Notes under the pieces: model-generated
What the model was told of the DNA's origin: nothing
What the model saw: only the letters and a program-made list of their open reading frames with translations
Databases searched by the model: none
Position numbers and translations under genes: made by a program
Source of the DNA: Escherichia phage ManiMatter_Bas94
Sequence record: PQ850617.1
Strand: one strand, 5' to 3'
Length of the DNA stretch: 64,000 nt
In this document: one piece after another, positions 8,331 through 17,962 of the stretch
Layout: each line of letters begins with the position of its first letter
How positions within the stretch are numbered: position 1 is the stretch's first letter

Positions 8331-11300
8331 ATGGCGCTGTATCCAATAAAGTCACTAGGTGCTGTAGGCGTTATCGCTGATCAGGCTCCGACAGACTTAG
8401 CTCCTAATGCTTTCACTAATGCTATAAATGCTCGATTTGTTGAGCAGAGAGTGTTTAAGACGGGGGGCAATGCCCCTCTTTCTTATGTAGATGAAGATAA
8501 GGATTTAACCCCTCTGTCTTTCGTGTCTATGCCTTTCGATTATTATAGCGCAGGTAATAGCTTTCTTGTTGTAGGTACGAATAAGAAGTTATATAAACTG
8601 ACAGATGAAAGCTTGACTGACATTAGCCGTAAGGTTGCTACAGTCACTAAGAAGGCTTCTGCCTCAATTAAGATCTATCCAGTTGTTTCTCAAATCGTTC
8701 CTAAAGAATCAACTATTTCAATGAACTTCAATCAGACTAAGAATCTAGAAGTTTCTCTTCTTCCTGCTGATGCTAACAATACCGACCTTGTTTGGGAGGT
8801 TAGTAATTCAACCTATGGAAGTATTGCAGTAGACCCTAATGATTCTAAACTTGCTACTCTAACATCTTTTGAGAGAGAGGGGAATCTTGTAGTAACCATC
8901 TCTACTGCTGATGATTCTGTAGTGGCTCAGATTGCTGTGAACATTATAGATGGTGATTCGGGAATCTTCTTGAGTCAGGACACTGTTACTATCCGTAAAG
9001 GAGGGACTACCACTCTTACGGCTGTTACTGGTAAAACCCCTGTTACTTGGTCTAGCAGTAATGCTTCTATTGTATCCGTAACCCCTAACGCTAATTCTCT
9101 AACTGCTGTTATTACTGCTAATGGTGAGGGCAACGTAACAATCACTGCCGATAATGGAACGAAGACTGCTTCTTGTGAGGTTGTTTCTATACCTCAGATT
9201 GATAGCATCTCTTTAAGCCAGTCGGATGTTATTGTAAGCAGAGGTTCTCAGTACATCTTAACTGCTACCCTTTCTCCTGCTGATGCCCCTAATCAAAACA
9301 TTACTTGGACCTCTTCTAATCCAAATATTGCAACAGTATCAGGGACTAGTACACAAGGGACGATCAATGCCTTACTTGCTGGATTTACTGAGATTACGGC
9401 TACCACTGAAGAAGGTAACAGAGTTGCTGTCTGTACTGTACGAGTAGATTTAGCTGGAAGGGCGATGAGAACAAGTGCTATGGCATTTGCTGCACCTGCA
9501 TCAGAACCAATTGAATCACAAGAGGAAGAAGTAGTAACTTCTCCTGAAAGTGAAGAGACGGTTTATTTTGCTGATCCTGTGTCTGGTATCGATACGTCAG
9601 GGATGTATGAAGGTAATAACTTCTACGACTACTCTAACGTGAACGACATTGAAGGTTTTGCAAGAGCTTCTTTACTAGAAACCCCTTTGTCATCCGTAAC
9701 CTTGGATGTTGTCAGTGCTTCTCTTGATGTTGGTGAGGAAATAGTTATTACAGCTACAGCTTCTCCAGAAGGTGAGTATTCCTATCAGTGGTCTGTCGAT
9801 AAGACTGGTTATGTTTCTACAACTTCAGTTACTGGTAAATCTATCAAACTGGTTGCTCTTCGTAAAGGAGAGATTAACGTAACATGTACTGTCAGTCAGA
9901 TGACTCAGAAAGATTACGATGCTTTTGATGATTACCCTTGGTATCACGCTGTTATCTCTAACTGTGCAGTTGCTACAACTCACTATGAAACTCCTCAGGT
10001 AAAAGAGTTCGAATCAGAATACTTTGTAGACCTTCCGGGGTGGGGTGAGCAAACAGTTGTTGATAGTGATGGAAACCCTTCAGTCAAAAAGTTTAACTGG
10101 AAATGTGAGAGAGTAAGATCTTTTAACAACCGTCTTTTTGCTCTGAATATGAGAGAGGCTAATGCTTCTGGTGTTACCACTAACTACCCTCTTCGTCTTC
10201 GTTGGTCTAATTTTGCCAACGAGAACAAAGCTCCTACTTTATGGGATGACTTTGCCTATGATCGAGTTGTGTCTTCGGACTTGGCTTCTAACATCGTAGG
10301 ACAGACTCAGGCTTTAGAAAATGGATATGCTGGTTACATCGACTTAGCTGACTCTAACGGCAGCTTGATTGATATCCTACCTCTTAAAGATTACTTGTTC
10401 GTTTATACAGAGTTTGAAACGTACATTGGTTCTCCAACTAATAACACGTACCAACCTCTGATGTTCAAGAAACTCTTTAACGATTCCGGTATCCTTGCTC
10501 CTGAGTGTGTAGTAGAAGTTGAAGGTAGTCATTTCGTAGTTACTCAGAACGATGTAATCTTACACAATGGTGCAACTAAGAAGTCAATCGCTTCTAACCG
10601 TGTTAAGAATATGCTAATTAATGAAATATGTCTGGTTAACCCTTTAGCTACTCGAGTACATTTGCATCAGGATAAGAAAGAAGTTTGGATTCTGTACGTA
10701 GGTCCGGGAGAACCAAAAGAAAGCTTCGCTTGTACTAAAGCTGCTGTATGGAACTACGAGTTTGATACTTGGTCCTTCCGTACTATTCCTTATGCTCAGT
10801 GTATCGGTCTAGTTGACCCTCCTGTTTTAGAGAGAGGTCCAATCTGGTCTGACTTCCAAGAGATCACTTGGGATGACCAATCTATCAAAGAACTCGTTTG
10901 GAGAAAGGATGCAACAAACTTTAGACAGAGGGTTACGATAGTAGGTTCGTTCTTGAGGGGGTTCTATCAAGTGGATGTAGGTGCTCTTGATTATTTCTAT
11001 GATAGGCTTAATGATAAGATTATAGAAAAACCACTGGAGATGAGGTTAGAGAGAACTGGCATTGATTTTGATAACATCACTAATGAGTGGAATCAAAAGC
11101 ATATCAATAGGTTCAGACCTCAGACGACAGGTTCTGGTACGTATACTTTTGAGGCGGGTGGTAGTCAATTCTCTAACGAGTATGGTCATCCACATACATC
11201 CAAGACGTATACGATTGGTGTTGATAGGCATGTCTCGGTGAGACTGAACCATCCATACCTTTTCTATAATGTTATAGATAATGATGTTAACAGCAATGCT

Positions 11301-11348
11301 GCTATCAATGGATTAACGATAGAGTTTGCTGTTGGCGGGCGGAGATAA
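8331..11348 (+). CDS. Large tail (nozzle / tubular-B-like) protein with about five inserted Big_2 Ig-like domains
   Basis: The N-terminus KSLGAVGVIADQAPTDLAPNAF..N..F resembles the T7 gp12 N-terminus. There are repeated Big_2 signatures (LLPADANNTDLVWEVSNS.., TWSSSNASIVSV.., ITWTSSNPNIATV..). Confidence 0.5.
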   Translation: MALYPIKSLGAVGVIADQAPTDLAPNAFTNAINARFVEQRVFKTGGNAPLSYVDEDKDLTPLSFVSMPFDYYSAGNSFLVVGTNKKLYKLTDESLTDISRKVATVTKKASASIKIYPVVSQIVPKESTISMNFNQTKNLEVSLLPADANNTDLVWEVSNSTYGSIAVDPNDSKLATLTSFEREGNLVVTISTADDSVVAQIAVNIIDGDSGIFLSQDTVTIRKGGTTTLTAVTGKTPVTWSSSNASIVSVTPNANSLTAVITANGEGNVTITADNGTKTASCEVVSIPQIDSISLSQSDVIVSRGSQYILTATLSPADAPNQNITWTSSNPNIATVSGTSTQGTINALLAGFTEITATTEEGNRVAVCTVRVDLAGRAMRTSAMAFAAPASEPIESQEEEVVTSPESEETVYFADPVSGIDTSGMYEGNNFYDYSNVNDIEGFARASLLETPLSSVTLDVVSASLDVGEEIVITATASPEGEYSYQWSVDKTGYVSTTSVTGKSIKLVALRKGEINVTCTVSQMTQKDYDAFDDYPWYHAVISNCAVATTHYETPQVKEFESEYFVDLPGWGEQTVVDSDGNPSVKKFNWKCERVRSFNNRLFALNMREANASGVTTNYPLRLRWSNFANENKAPTLWDDFAYDRVVSSDLASNIVGQTQALENGYAGYIDLADSNGSLIDILPLKDYLFVYTEFETYIGSPTNNTYQPLMFKKLFNDSGILAPECVVEVEGSHFVVTQNDVILHNGATKKSIASNRVKNMLINEICLVNPLATRVHLHQDKKEVWILYVGPGEPKESFACTKAAVWNYEFDTWSFRTIPYAQCIGLVDPPVLERGPIWSDFQEITWDDQSIKELVWRKDATNFRQRVTIVGSFLRGFYQVDVGALDYFYDRLNDKIIEKPLEMRLERTGIDFDNITNEWNQKHINRFRPQTTGSGTYTFEAGGSQFSNEYGHPHTSKTYTIGVDRHVSVRLNHPYLFYNVIDNDVNSNAAINGLTIEFAVGGRR

Positions 11349-11352
11349 CAAC

Positions 11353-11382
11353 AAGGGGCTTCGTGCCCCTTTTATTGTTTTT
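11353..11382 (+). terminator. Rho-independent terminator
   Basis: aaggggc-ttcgt-gcccctt followed by ttattgttttt. Confidence 0.8.
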
Positions 11383-11392
11383 GGAGGAACTT

Positions 11393-12361
11393 ATGGGTGC
11401 AGGTGGTTTTCGTAAGAACACTGGTCGCAATAACACCACACTCCCGTACAACGTTGGGTTTCTCAATAATGTACAGGACACAGAAACTTATAACGTAGCT
11501 GTTTATGATGAACTACAGAAAGTCAGCACAGCTACTAACCAAATGTTCCAAGCTATAGATGAAATTCACGAAGAGATTGACGTTCGTATCAAAGCTCTTC
11601 ATGCGATGAATCTACAATTTGATGAGCTTGAGAATAGAATTACTACAGAGATAGAGACAGCTATTGCCGATATCCAAACACAGATGGGGAATCTCTCCAC
11701 TGAAGATATTTGGGATAATTCTGTTCAACCTCCTGTAAAATTAGAAAGCACTGTATCTGGCTTTAAGACGAGTATTGAAGGTAACACGACTAAGATTCAA
11801 ACGGTAGAAGGTATTGTCAACGACCAAGGTCAAGAGATTGCTTTAGTTCAGACAGAGATTCAAAACATTAATGGAAGCCTATCTCAGTATATGAAGCTCT
11901 CTGAGTATGAAGCTACGTGGGGTGTTAACTCTTCTGTTAATGGTCAGTACGCTGGAGTTAAGCTAACTAACAATGGAACAAACAGTCAATTCCAAGTAAC
12001 CGCTAACAAGTTTGTTGTCGGTGATGGTACGACAGGGAATACACCATTTGTGTTTGAGAATGGAAGAGCTAGGATGGAGTTCGCTGATATAAAGAACGTC
12101 AACATCACAACAGCTCAGGTTGCCAACGCTAGGATTCAGTGGGCACAGATTGATAACGTATCCATCTCCAACGCCCAAATTCAGAACTTGTCAGCGGATA
12201 AAATCACTGCTGGTTCTATGTGGGGTTCTAACTGGAGACTTACTGTTGGGGGTGACTTTGTTATGGGCGGCACAGGTGGGGCACAATTGTGGATGAATGG
12301 GAACAGGATAGACTTCTATGATGGAAGTGGTGCTCTGAGAATTAGGATAGGGAGTTGGTGA
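11393..12361 (+). CDS. Tail-associated structural protein (coiled coil plus beta-repeat C-terminus)
   Basis: I prefer ATG 11393 (ggagga, 4 nt spacer) over the listed GTG 11363, which lies inside the terminator. Contains heptad-rich EIHEEIDVRIKALHAMNLQFDELENRI and repeated N.(S/T).AQ(I/V) units. Confidence 0.5.
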   Translation: MGAGGFRKNTGRNNTTLPYNVGFLNNVQDTETYNVAVYDELQKVSTATNQMFQAIDEIHEEIDVRIKALHAMNLQFDELENRITTEIETAIADIQTQMGNLSTEDIWDNSVQPPVKLESTVSGFKTSIEGNTTKIQTVEGIVNDQGQEIALVQTEIQNINGSLSQYMKLSEYEATWGVNSSVNGQYAGVKLTNNGTNSQFQVTANKFVVGDGTTGNTPFVFENGRARMEFADIKNVNITTAQVANARIQWAQIDNVSISNAQIQNLSADKITAGSMWGSNWRLTVGGDFVMGGTGGAQLWMNGNRIDFYDGSGALRIRIGSW

Positions 12362-12362
12362 T

Positions 12363-13382
12363 ATGGCATATGGAATATGGTGTCAACCGGTAGGTCCGGG
12401 GCCAGCCGCCCCTGCCTCTCTTTTTATAGATAGTAATTTAACATTTCCACAATATCTAGGAGCATACAATATATCTCCTTCGTGGAGTGCTAGAAATGCT
12501 TCTTTTAACGTAGGCTCTTTTGATGGTCAAGGTGAGTTATTAATTGTCCCGACTAGTAGACTTATTCAAGATTATTATGTAGGGACAGATTTAATGCCTA
12601 GTTTTAGTTATGTAACAGGTATAGGGACTTCTGGACAAACAGTAAATATTAACATAGAGCCTGCTGGAGCTAGTGGTAACAATAACAGAAACTTCCCAAT
12701 GTCTTTCCAAGCATATAAACTCTGGCCTAGAGGTAATAGAAGCTACGGAATAACTTTCTCAAACTCAGCAGATTTCTTTTCTATCTCTGATAGTGGGGTT
12801 GTTGGTCAGTGTGTTTGGGCGTACAGAGGGGCTGTAGGAGACGGTTTTACTGTCCCTAATGCTGGCCCCAACGCTCTAGTATTTGCCAACTGGAATCAGG
12901 GTGGGGTGTGTGCTTCTTACAACGCAAGCAACGGTCAAATGATCATAACCCACGATAGATCAAACCAGTCTGGCAGTAACAGAGGTGCAGTAATATATGA
13001 TATGAGAATTGCTGTTTTTGCTAGTGGTGTGGGTGTACCAGAACATAATGGAGGTCTGAATATATACTCTCCCGGAACTACAACTTGTGTATTCTCTACT
13101 TACAGGACTCCGTTTGCTATCAGCAGGTTCTTCCCATCTAGTGGGGGTTATACAGGTCTAGGCATTCCTATGATGTGTATGAATGTCACTAATGGAGCCA
13201 TAACAGCGCAAGGTGGTGGATGGATGTGGGTTCATGAAAGATCTCATACAATGAGTGGTACGTCAGTAGGAACAGGCTTTGGCCCACTCGTGGCTAACTG
13301 GACTGACCGATACCCAATCAACGTTAACATAAACCTAGGATTCAATTACCCAATGTTGGAAGGTTCTTTAATTTATGCATAA
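12363..13382 (+). CDS. Virion structural protein, unknown function
   Basis: 339-aa ORF translationally coupled to the upstream gene (tgatATG). No motif recognised. Confidence 0.45.
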   Translation: MAYGIWCQPVGPGPAAPASLFIDSNLTFPQYLGAYNISPSWSARNASFNVGSFDGQGELLIVPTSRLIQDYYVGTDLMPSFSYVTGIGTSGQTVNINIEPAGASGNNNRNFPMSFQAYKLWPRGNRSYGITFSNSADFFSISDSGVVGQCVWAYRGAVGDGFTVPNAGPNALVFANWNQGGVCASYNASNGQMIITHDRSNQSGSNRGAVIYDMRIAVFASGVGVPEHNGGLNIYSPGTTTCVFSTYRTPFAISRFFPSSGGYTGLGIPMMCMNVTNGAITAQGGGWMWVHERSHTMSGTSVGTGFGPLVANWTDRYPINVNINLGFNYPMLEGSLIYA

Positions 13383-13391
13383 GGAGATATT

Positions 13392-14174
13392 ATGGCAATT
13401 AGAATGGGTATCGAAGAACTAGACCCAATGGTGCAACAGGCTTCAAAGAAGTATGGAATACCAGCTGCTTTGATTCATGCTGTAATCCAAAGGGAGTCTA
13501 GCGGTCGTCCTACGGTGGCCTCCGGAACTGGTCCTGTAGGTTTAATGCAGATCAGTAAAGGAGTAGCCAAAGATTATGGTTACAAACTAGAAGATAGACT
13601 TGACCCGGCAAAGAACATTGATATGGGTGCTCGTTACATCAGAGACAATCTGAAAGCTTTTAATGGTGATGTTAAGAAAGCGATGGTTGGTTATTCAGAA
13701 GGTATTAGTGGTGCTAAGCAGATGTTCGCTGGTAAAAGAGGTTTTACTTCTCAGGCTCTTGACTCAATGAATAACAAACACTTTCTCCCTTTCTATGGTG
13801 ACGCATCTTCTCAGATTGCTAACCCTATTGGAGCTTTACAAGCTGTTCAGCCCGTCAACCAGTTCAGTTCGGACTATTTAGACAGAGAGAAGGCTGCACA
13901 AGCTCCAACTCAGGCAGAGATTGCTGTTTCTAAGACAGGTGCTTTAGGTGGTAATCCTGTAGAGTTTTACTCTGATGAAGTGCAGGAAGGTGAAGACCAG
14001 AAGCCCCAACAGAACTTTGGTAATGCAGTATTAGGGGTGGCTGCTATGCTTGCTGGTAAACCTCCTACCTCTCAAACAGTTCAGAGGGCAAGTGCACCTC
14101 ATGCAGCAGGTTCTCAGTACAGCCCACAAACACAAGCAGTGCTTAGACGTCTGGCTAGCATTGGTGTTAAGTAA
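13392..14174 (+). CDS. Virion-associated lytic transglycosylase (SLT domain)
   Basis: IQRESSGRP...GPVGLMQISKGVAKDYG shows the catalytic E-S and GLMQ motifs of the SLT family. Confidence 0.9.
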   Translation: MAIRMGIEELDPMVQQASKKYGIPAALIHAVIQRESSGRPTVASGTGPVGLMQISKGVAKDYGYKLEDRLDPAKNIDMGARYIRDNLKAFNGDVKKAMVGYSEGISGAKQMFAGKRGFTSQALDSMNNKHFLPFYGDASSQIANPIGALQAVQPVNQFSSDYLDREKAAQAPTQAEIAVSKTGALGGNPVEFYSDEVQEGEDQKPQQNFGNAVLGVAAMLAGKPPTSQTVQRASAPHAAGSQYSPQTQAVLRRLASIGVK

Positions 14175-14193
14175 TAATCGTTAAGGAGGACTT

Positions 14194-15246
14194 ATGTCTT
14201 TATTTGGAAAATCAGCTTCTAGCAAAACCACAGTGGCTCCTTCCTCTCAGGTTGATGCCCTGCTGAAGCAGATTGTTGCTAATGCTCAGAATATGCAGAA
14301 CAACGATCAGGGATTCATTTCCCAACAGCTGGCTGGGTTTAATGGCAACCAACAAGGTGCTCTGAACAACTTAGCAGCTTCTACTACTCAAAAGCAATTG
14401 GCTGATATGTACACACCTCGTACACAGCAAGGGCTAGACCAACTGAATTCTCTTGCCCAGCAGTATCAGAATATTGTTAATGGTGGTGGCCTGACTGCTG
14501 ACGGTGTTAATAACTTTAGTAGAGGTTTAAACAACTCAGCTCTTGCTCAAGCTACCAGTAAAGCAGCTTCCAATGTATCTCTTGGAAATGGTTCTGACTC
14601 AGGCTCTCTTCGTAGAGCTGCTGCTCAGGGTGCTGCTCTTAATGGTGCTAATACAAACCTCTCTCGTACCATCAATGGTAAGAACATGGGAATTAGTGCT
14701 CTTCAACAAGATCAAAACTTCCAGAGGGGTTTGCTTGGTGCTCAGTCTGGTTTAGCTGGACAGAACCTCAATCTCGGTGCACAAGGTGTTCAGGCAACTC
14801 AGCAAGCTATCCAGAATCAACTCATGGCTGGTAATTTACAACAGCAACAAGCTCAAGCTCAAGCAGATATCAATTGGCAGAATGCTATTGGTTCTCGGCA
14901 GTATGGGTGGAATCAGCTTAACAATCAGCTTAATGTACTAAACAGTGTAAGCCCGATGGCTGGATATACGATTAAGAATGCTGCTCCGGGTATTAGTACA
15001 GGACAACAGCTCCTAGGTGCTGGTATTACTGGTTTAGGTATTGCAGGTCGTTTGGGTGCTTTCTCTCCTGACCAACAGACTCAGAATGCTTGGAGTTCCT
15101 ATAACAATTCAGGCGGGCAATCTGGAATGGCTGGTCCTATGATTGGGGGTTCTAATCTTTCTCAACAGAAAGGTCAGTCTAACTGGTTATCCACAATGGG
15201 TAATAATATCTTAGGTGGTGTCTTAGGGGCATTCGGAGCAAACTAA
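14194..15246 (+). CDS. Q/N/G-rich internal virion (ejection) protein, paralog A
   Basis: Low-complexity Q/N-rich sequence. Shares MSLFGKS.., GFNGNQQGALNNLA, W..GWNQLNNQL and a Gly-rich hydrophobic tail with the next ORF. Confidence 0.5.
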   Translation: MSLFGKSASSKTTVAPSSQVDALLKQIVANAQNMQNNDQGFISQQLAGFNGNQQGALNNLAASTTQKQLADMYTPRTQQGLDQLNSLAQQYQNIVNGGGLTADGVNNFSRGLNNSALAQATSKAASNVSLGNGSDSGSLRRAAAQGAALNGANTNLSRTINGKNMGISALQQDQNFQRGLLGAQSGLAGQNLNLGAQGVQATQQAIQNQLMAGNLQQQQAQAQADINWQNAIGSRQYGWNQLNNQLNVLNSVSPMAGYTIKNAAPGISTGQQLLGAGITGLGIAGRLGAFSPDQQTQNAWSSYNNSGGQSGMAGPMIGGSNLSQQKGQSNWLSTMGNNILGGVLGAFGAN

Positions 15247-15258
15247 AGGAGATTTGAT

Positions 15259-16227
15259 ATGGCTTTATTTGGAGGAGGGAATAGTAAAACTACTTCCCAA
15301 ATGATTCGCCCTGAATACATTCAACAGTATATTGACCAGCTTAGCCAACAGATTGGTAATACTAGTTCAGGGGATTATGTTTATCGTGACAACGTAGGGT
15401 TTAATAATAACCAGATAGAAGCTCTTAACAACTTAGCACAATCTGGTGCTCTAGGGACTCTCTCGCAGCAATATATGGATGCAGCAGGTCAAGGGTTAGG
15501 TTATCTAGATAATGCCTATAAAGGTTATCAGAGCCTTTCTGGACAGGGTGGGATTACTGGGGAGCAGATTGGTGCTCTTGCTGGTCAACTATATGATAAC
15601 GATGCTGTGCAAGCAGCTATTACAGCTAATAATGAACAAGTTCAACAAAACCTAGCACGTAATGCTCTTCCTCAGCTAGCTCAACAGTATGCTGGTCAGC
15701 AGGGTTCAGGTGCTCGTATGGCTAAATCTTTTGCTCAAGGCGATGCTCTGAATCAGATGCAAGGACAAGCAACAGATATTACCAACAGTGCCTATAATTC
15801 GGCTATCAGTCAAGCTGAAAGCATTCTCTCTGGTAATAGACAGAATCAGGCAGCTGCTCTCTCAGGTCTTTCCAATATTGGTTCTAACCTTTCTAACTTA
15901 GGTCAGCAAGGTGCTAATTTGTCTCAACAGCAAATGTTGAATCAATGGAATGCAGGGTTGCAGCAACAACAGCAACAACAGAATGAATATGATAATGCCT
16001 ACCAGAATGCCCAGAATGCAGCTAACTGGGGATGGCAGGATATCAATAACCAACTCGGTGCAGCAGGTGTACTTAACGGTGCTCTTGGACAAACTACAAC
16101 TACCAAAACATCTGGTGGTGGCGGTGGCTTCTTAGGTGGAGCTATGAGTGGTGCAGCGGCAGGTTCTTCCTTTGGACCTTGGGGTGCATTGGCAGGGGGC
16201 GTAATCGGTGGGTTGGCTAGTAATTAA
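15259..16227 (+). CDS. Q/N/G-rich internal virion (ejection) protein, paralog B
   Basis: MALFGGG.., GFNNNQIEALNNLA, NWGWQDINNQL, and the tail GALAGGVIGGLASN. Paralogous to 14194..15246. Confidence 0.5.
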   Translation: MALFGGGNSKTTSQMIRPEYIQQYIDQLSQQIGNTSSGDYVYRDNVGFNNNQIEALNNLAQSGALGTLSQQYMDAAGQGLGYLDNAYKGYQSLSGQGGITGEQIGALAGQLYDNDAVQAAITANNEQVQQNLARNALPQLAQQYAGQQGSGARMAKSFAQGDALNQMQGQATDITNSAYNSAISQAESILSGNRQNQAAALSGLSNIGSNLSNLGQQGANLSQQQMLNQWNAGLQQQQQQQNEYDNAYQNAQNAANWGWQDINNQLGAAGVLNGALGQTTTTKTSGGGGGFLGGAMSGAAAGSSFGPWGALAGGVIGGLASN

Positions 16228-16240
16228 TTAGGAGACAAAT

Positions 16241-17896
16241 ATGCAACAGACAACTTACGCTCAGGTCAGAAGTCGTGACCCGAGAAATACTTTCTATGGT
16301 GTTAATCCGGGAGCGGCTTCGGCCTCTCCTTATATGGCTAGACCTATTCAGACAGCAGATGTTTCTATGTACCGACGTCCTTCTGTACCTCCATCTCTCG
16401 CAGGTCTTATCTCTCAGGCAGAAGAAGATCAGAATGCTATGGTGAATCCGGGATTTCAGCAACGTCTTATGGAACAACAGAATCGAGGAACCCCAACAAG
16501 TCTTCAGGGTATTGATATTGGAGCACCAGCCCCTGTAGCAGCTAATCCTGATTTATCCACTGATCAGGGTTTACAAGATGCTGGACTTATGCCTAGCGAC
16601 CCTCTTCCGGTAACGCCTCCTACTAAACCGCTAGAAGATGGCCCTATGGAGTTTACTCCTTCTCAAGTGGAACAGGCACAAGGTGTTGTTACTACTCTTG
16701 CTCAAGGTCAGGACACTGGAGACGGAATGGCTGGGGCTACTCGTATTAAAGATCAGGAACGTGTTAATAATGATATCATGCAAATTGCTAAAGCTAAAGA
16801 CCCTTCCGAAGCTTGGAATAAACTACAGAAAGAACCTTTCTATCAGAATTCCAGTTTCTATACAGGTTTGATGGGTGTAGGTCTTTCTATCATGTCAGGT
16901 AAATCTCCTATCGAAGCATTCCAAATTGGTCAGGGAATGGCTAATCAAGATGAGACTAAGAAGCAACTAGAAGCTAACCGTGATGCTCTGATTGAACAAG
17001 GTTTCTCTCAAGACTCAATTGCAGCTGCTATTGCTAACGGAGATCCATCTCTTCTGAAGATGAAAACTATAGACCCTGCTCAAAAAGAAGCATGGTATGA
17101 GGAGCGTGAAAGACGTCAGAATGCGGAGTGGGATAGACGTCAACAGATTCAAGAGAAATCTATGCGTGAGCGTGCTGAGGAAACTCGTCGTGCTGCTGAA
17201 GAGAGGACTAACATGAACCTTGAACGTCAGAAAAAGTTGATTGACTATCGTGATAAGGTTAAGGCTGAACGTGCCGAACAAGCTGCTCAGAGTTTTAACT
17301 TCTCCCCTAAAGAGACTCGTAACGCTCAGAATACAGCTGAAGGTAAAGTTGCCACTCAGTGGGCAGAGAAAGGTGGCCTGTTTAACCAATCCAATAAAGA
17401 CTTGGACTTGGCTGATAAAGCTATTAAGGACAAGGATTACCAGACGGCCCGTTCTGCTTACATGCAGGCTATCATGAACTCCGCAAGGGCTGAAATCGGT
17501 TCTACTCGTTCTCTTACTGAAGAAGACTTGGGACATTTTGCAGAAGATCCATCAATCTTCATCCGTGTAGGTAACAAGTTCGCTCTGAAGTCGGGATGGC
17601 GTCCTACTGATTCTGCTCTTGCTTATGCTCGTAAACAAGCGAACGTCGGTTACACCTCTGCTATGAAGGGTGTTGCTGATGCTAAGAAAGCTGTTATCGA
17701 AGCGTACATCGGCTCTAAGATGGATAAGAAGAGAGCTACTGCATTGGTTAACCGTGCAATCCCTTCTGGCGGTTTCTATGATCCTCTCGGTGTTTTCTCT
17801 GAGGAAGCAGAAGAGTCAGTTGGTGGTGCAGCAACCAATCCTAAACTGAATGGTGCTTTATCTGGTTCTTCAGATACTAGCTGGTTCACTGAGTAA
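16241..17896 (+). CDS. Internal virion protein, unknown function
   Basis: 551-aa ORF in the internal-protein block with a charged coiled-coil centre (ERERRQNAEWDRRQQIQEK..). Confidence 0.45.
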   Translation: MQQTTYAQVRSRDPRNTFYGVNPGAASASPYMARPIQTADVSMYRRPSVPPSLAGLISQAEEDQNAMVNPGFQQRLMEQQNRGTPTSLQGIDIGAPAPVAANPDLSTDQGLQDAGLMPSDPLPVTPPTKPLEDGPMEFTPSQVEQAQGVVTTLAQGQDTGDGMAGATRIKDQERVNNDIMQIAKAKDPSEAWNKLQKEPFYQNSSFYTGLMGVGLSIMSGKSPIEAFQIGQGMANQDETKKQLEANRDALIEQGFSQDSIAAAIANGDPSLLKMKTIDPAQKEAWYEERERRQNAEWDRRQQIQEKSMRERAEETRRAAEERTNMNLERQKKLIDYRDKVKAERAEQAAQSFNFSPKETRNAQNTAEGKVATQWAEKGGLFNQSNKDLDLADKAIKDKDYQTARSAYMQAIMNSARAEIGSTRSLTEEDLGHFAEDPSIFIRVGNKFALKSGWRPTDSALAYARKQANVGYTSAMKGVADAKKAVIEAYIGSKMDKKRATALVNRAIPSGGFYDPLGVFSEEAEESVGGAATNPKLNGALSGSSDTSWFTE

Positions 17897-17916
17897 GACC
17901 TAAGTCCTGCCTTCCA

Positions 17917-17925
17917 TAATGTATA
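17917..17925 (+). promoter_or_regulatory. TAATGTATA motif (candidate phage-sigma late promoter)
   Basis: Exact motif 38 nt upstream of ATG 17963. TAAGACCTA lies 14 nt upstream, as at 1034. Confidence 0.55.
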
Positions 17926-17962
17926 TAGGAGGTAGGACATTTTATTTATAAAAGGAGACGTT

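Noticed and set aside
11363-11392. GTG 11363 as the start of the 11363..12361 ORF
   Set aside because: The first 10 codons are the terminator hairpin and T-run of the upstream gene. ATG 11393 has ggagga 4 nt upstream.
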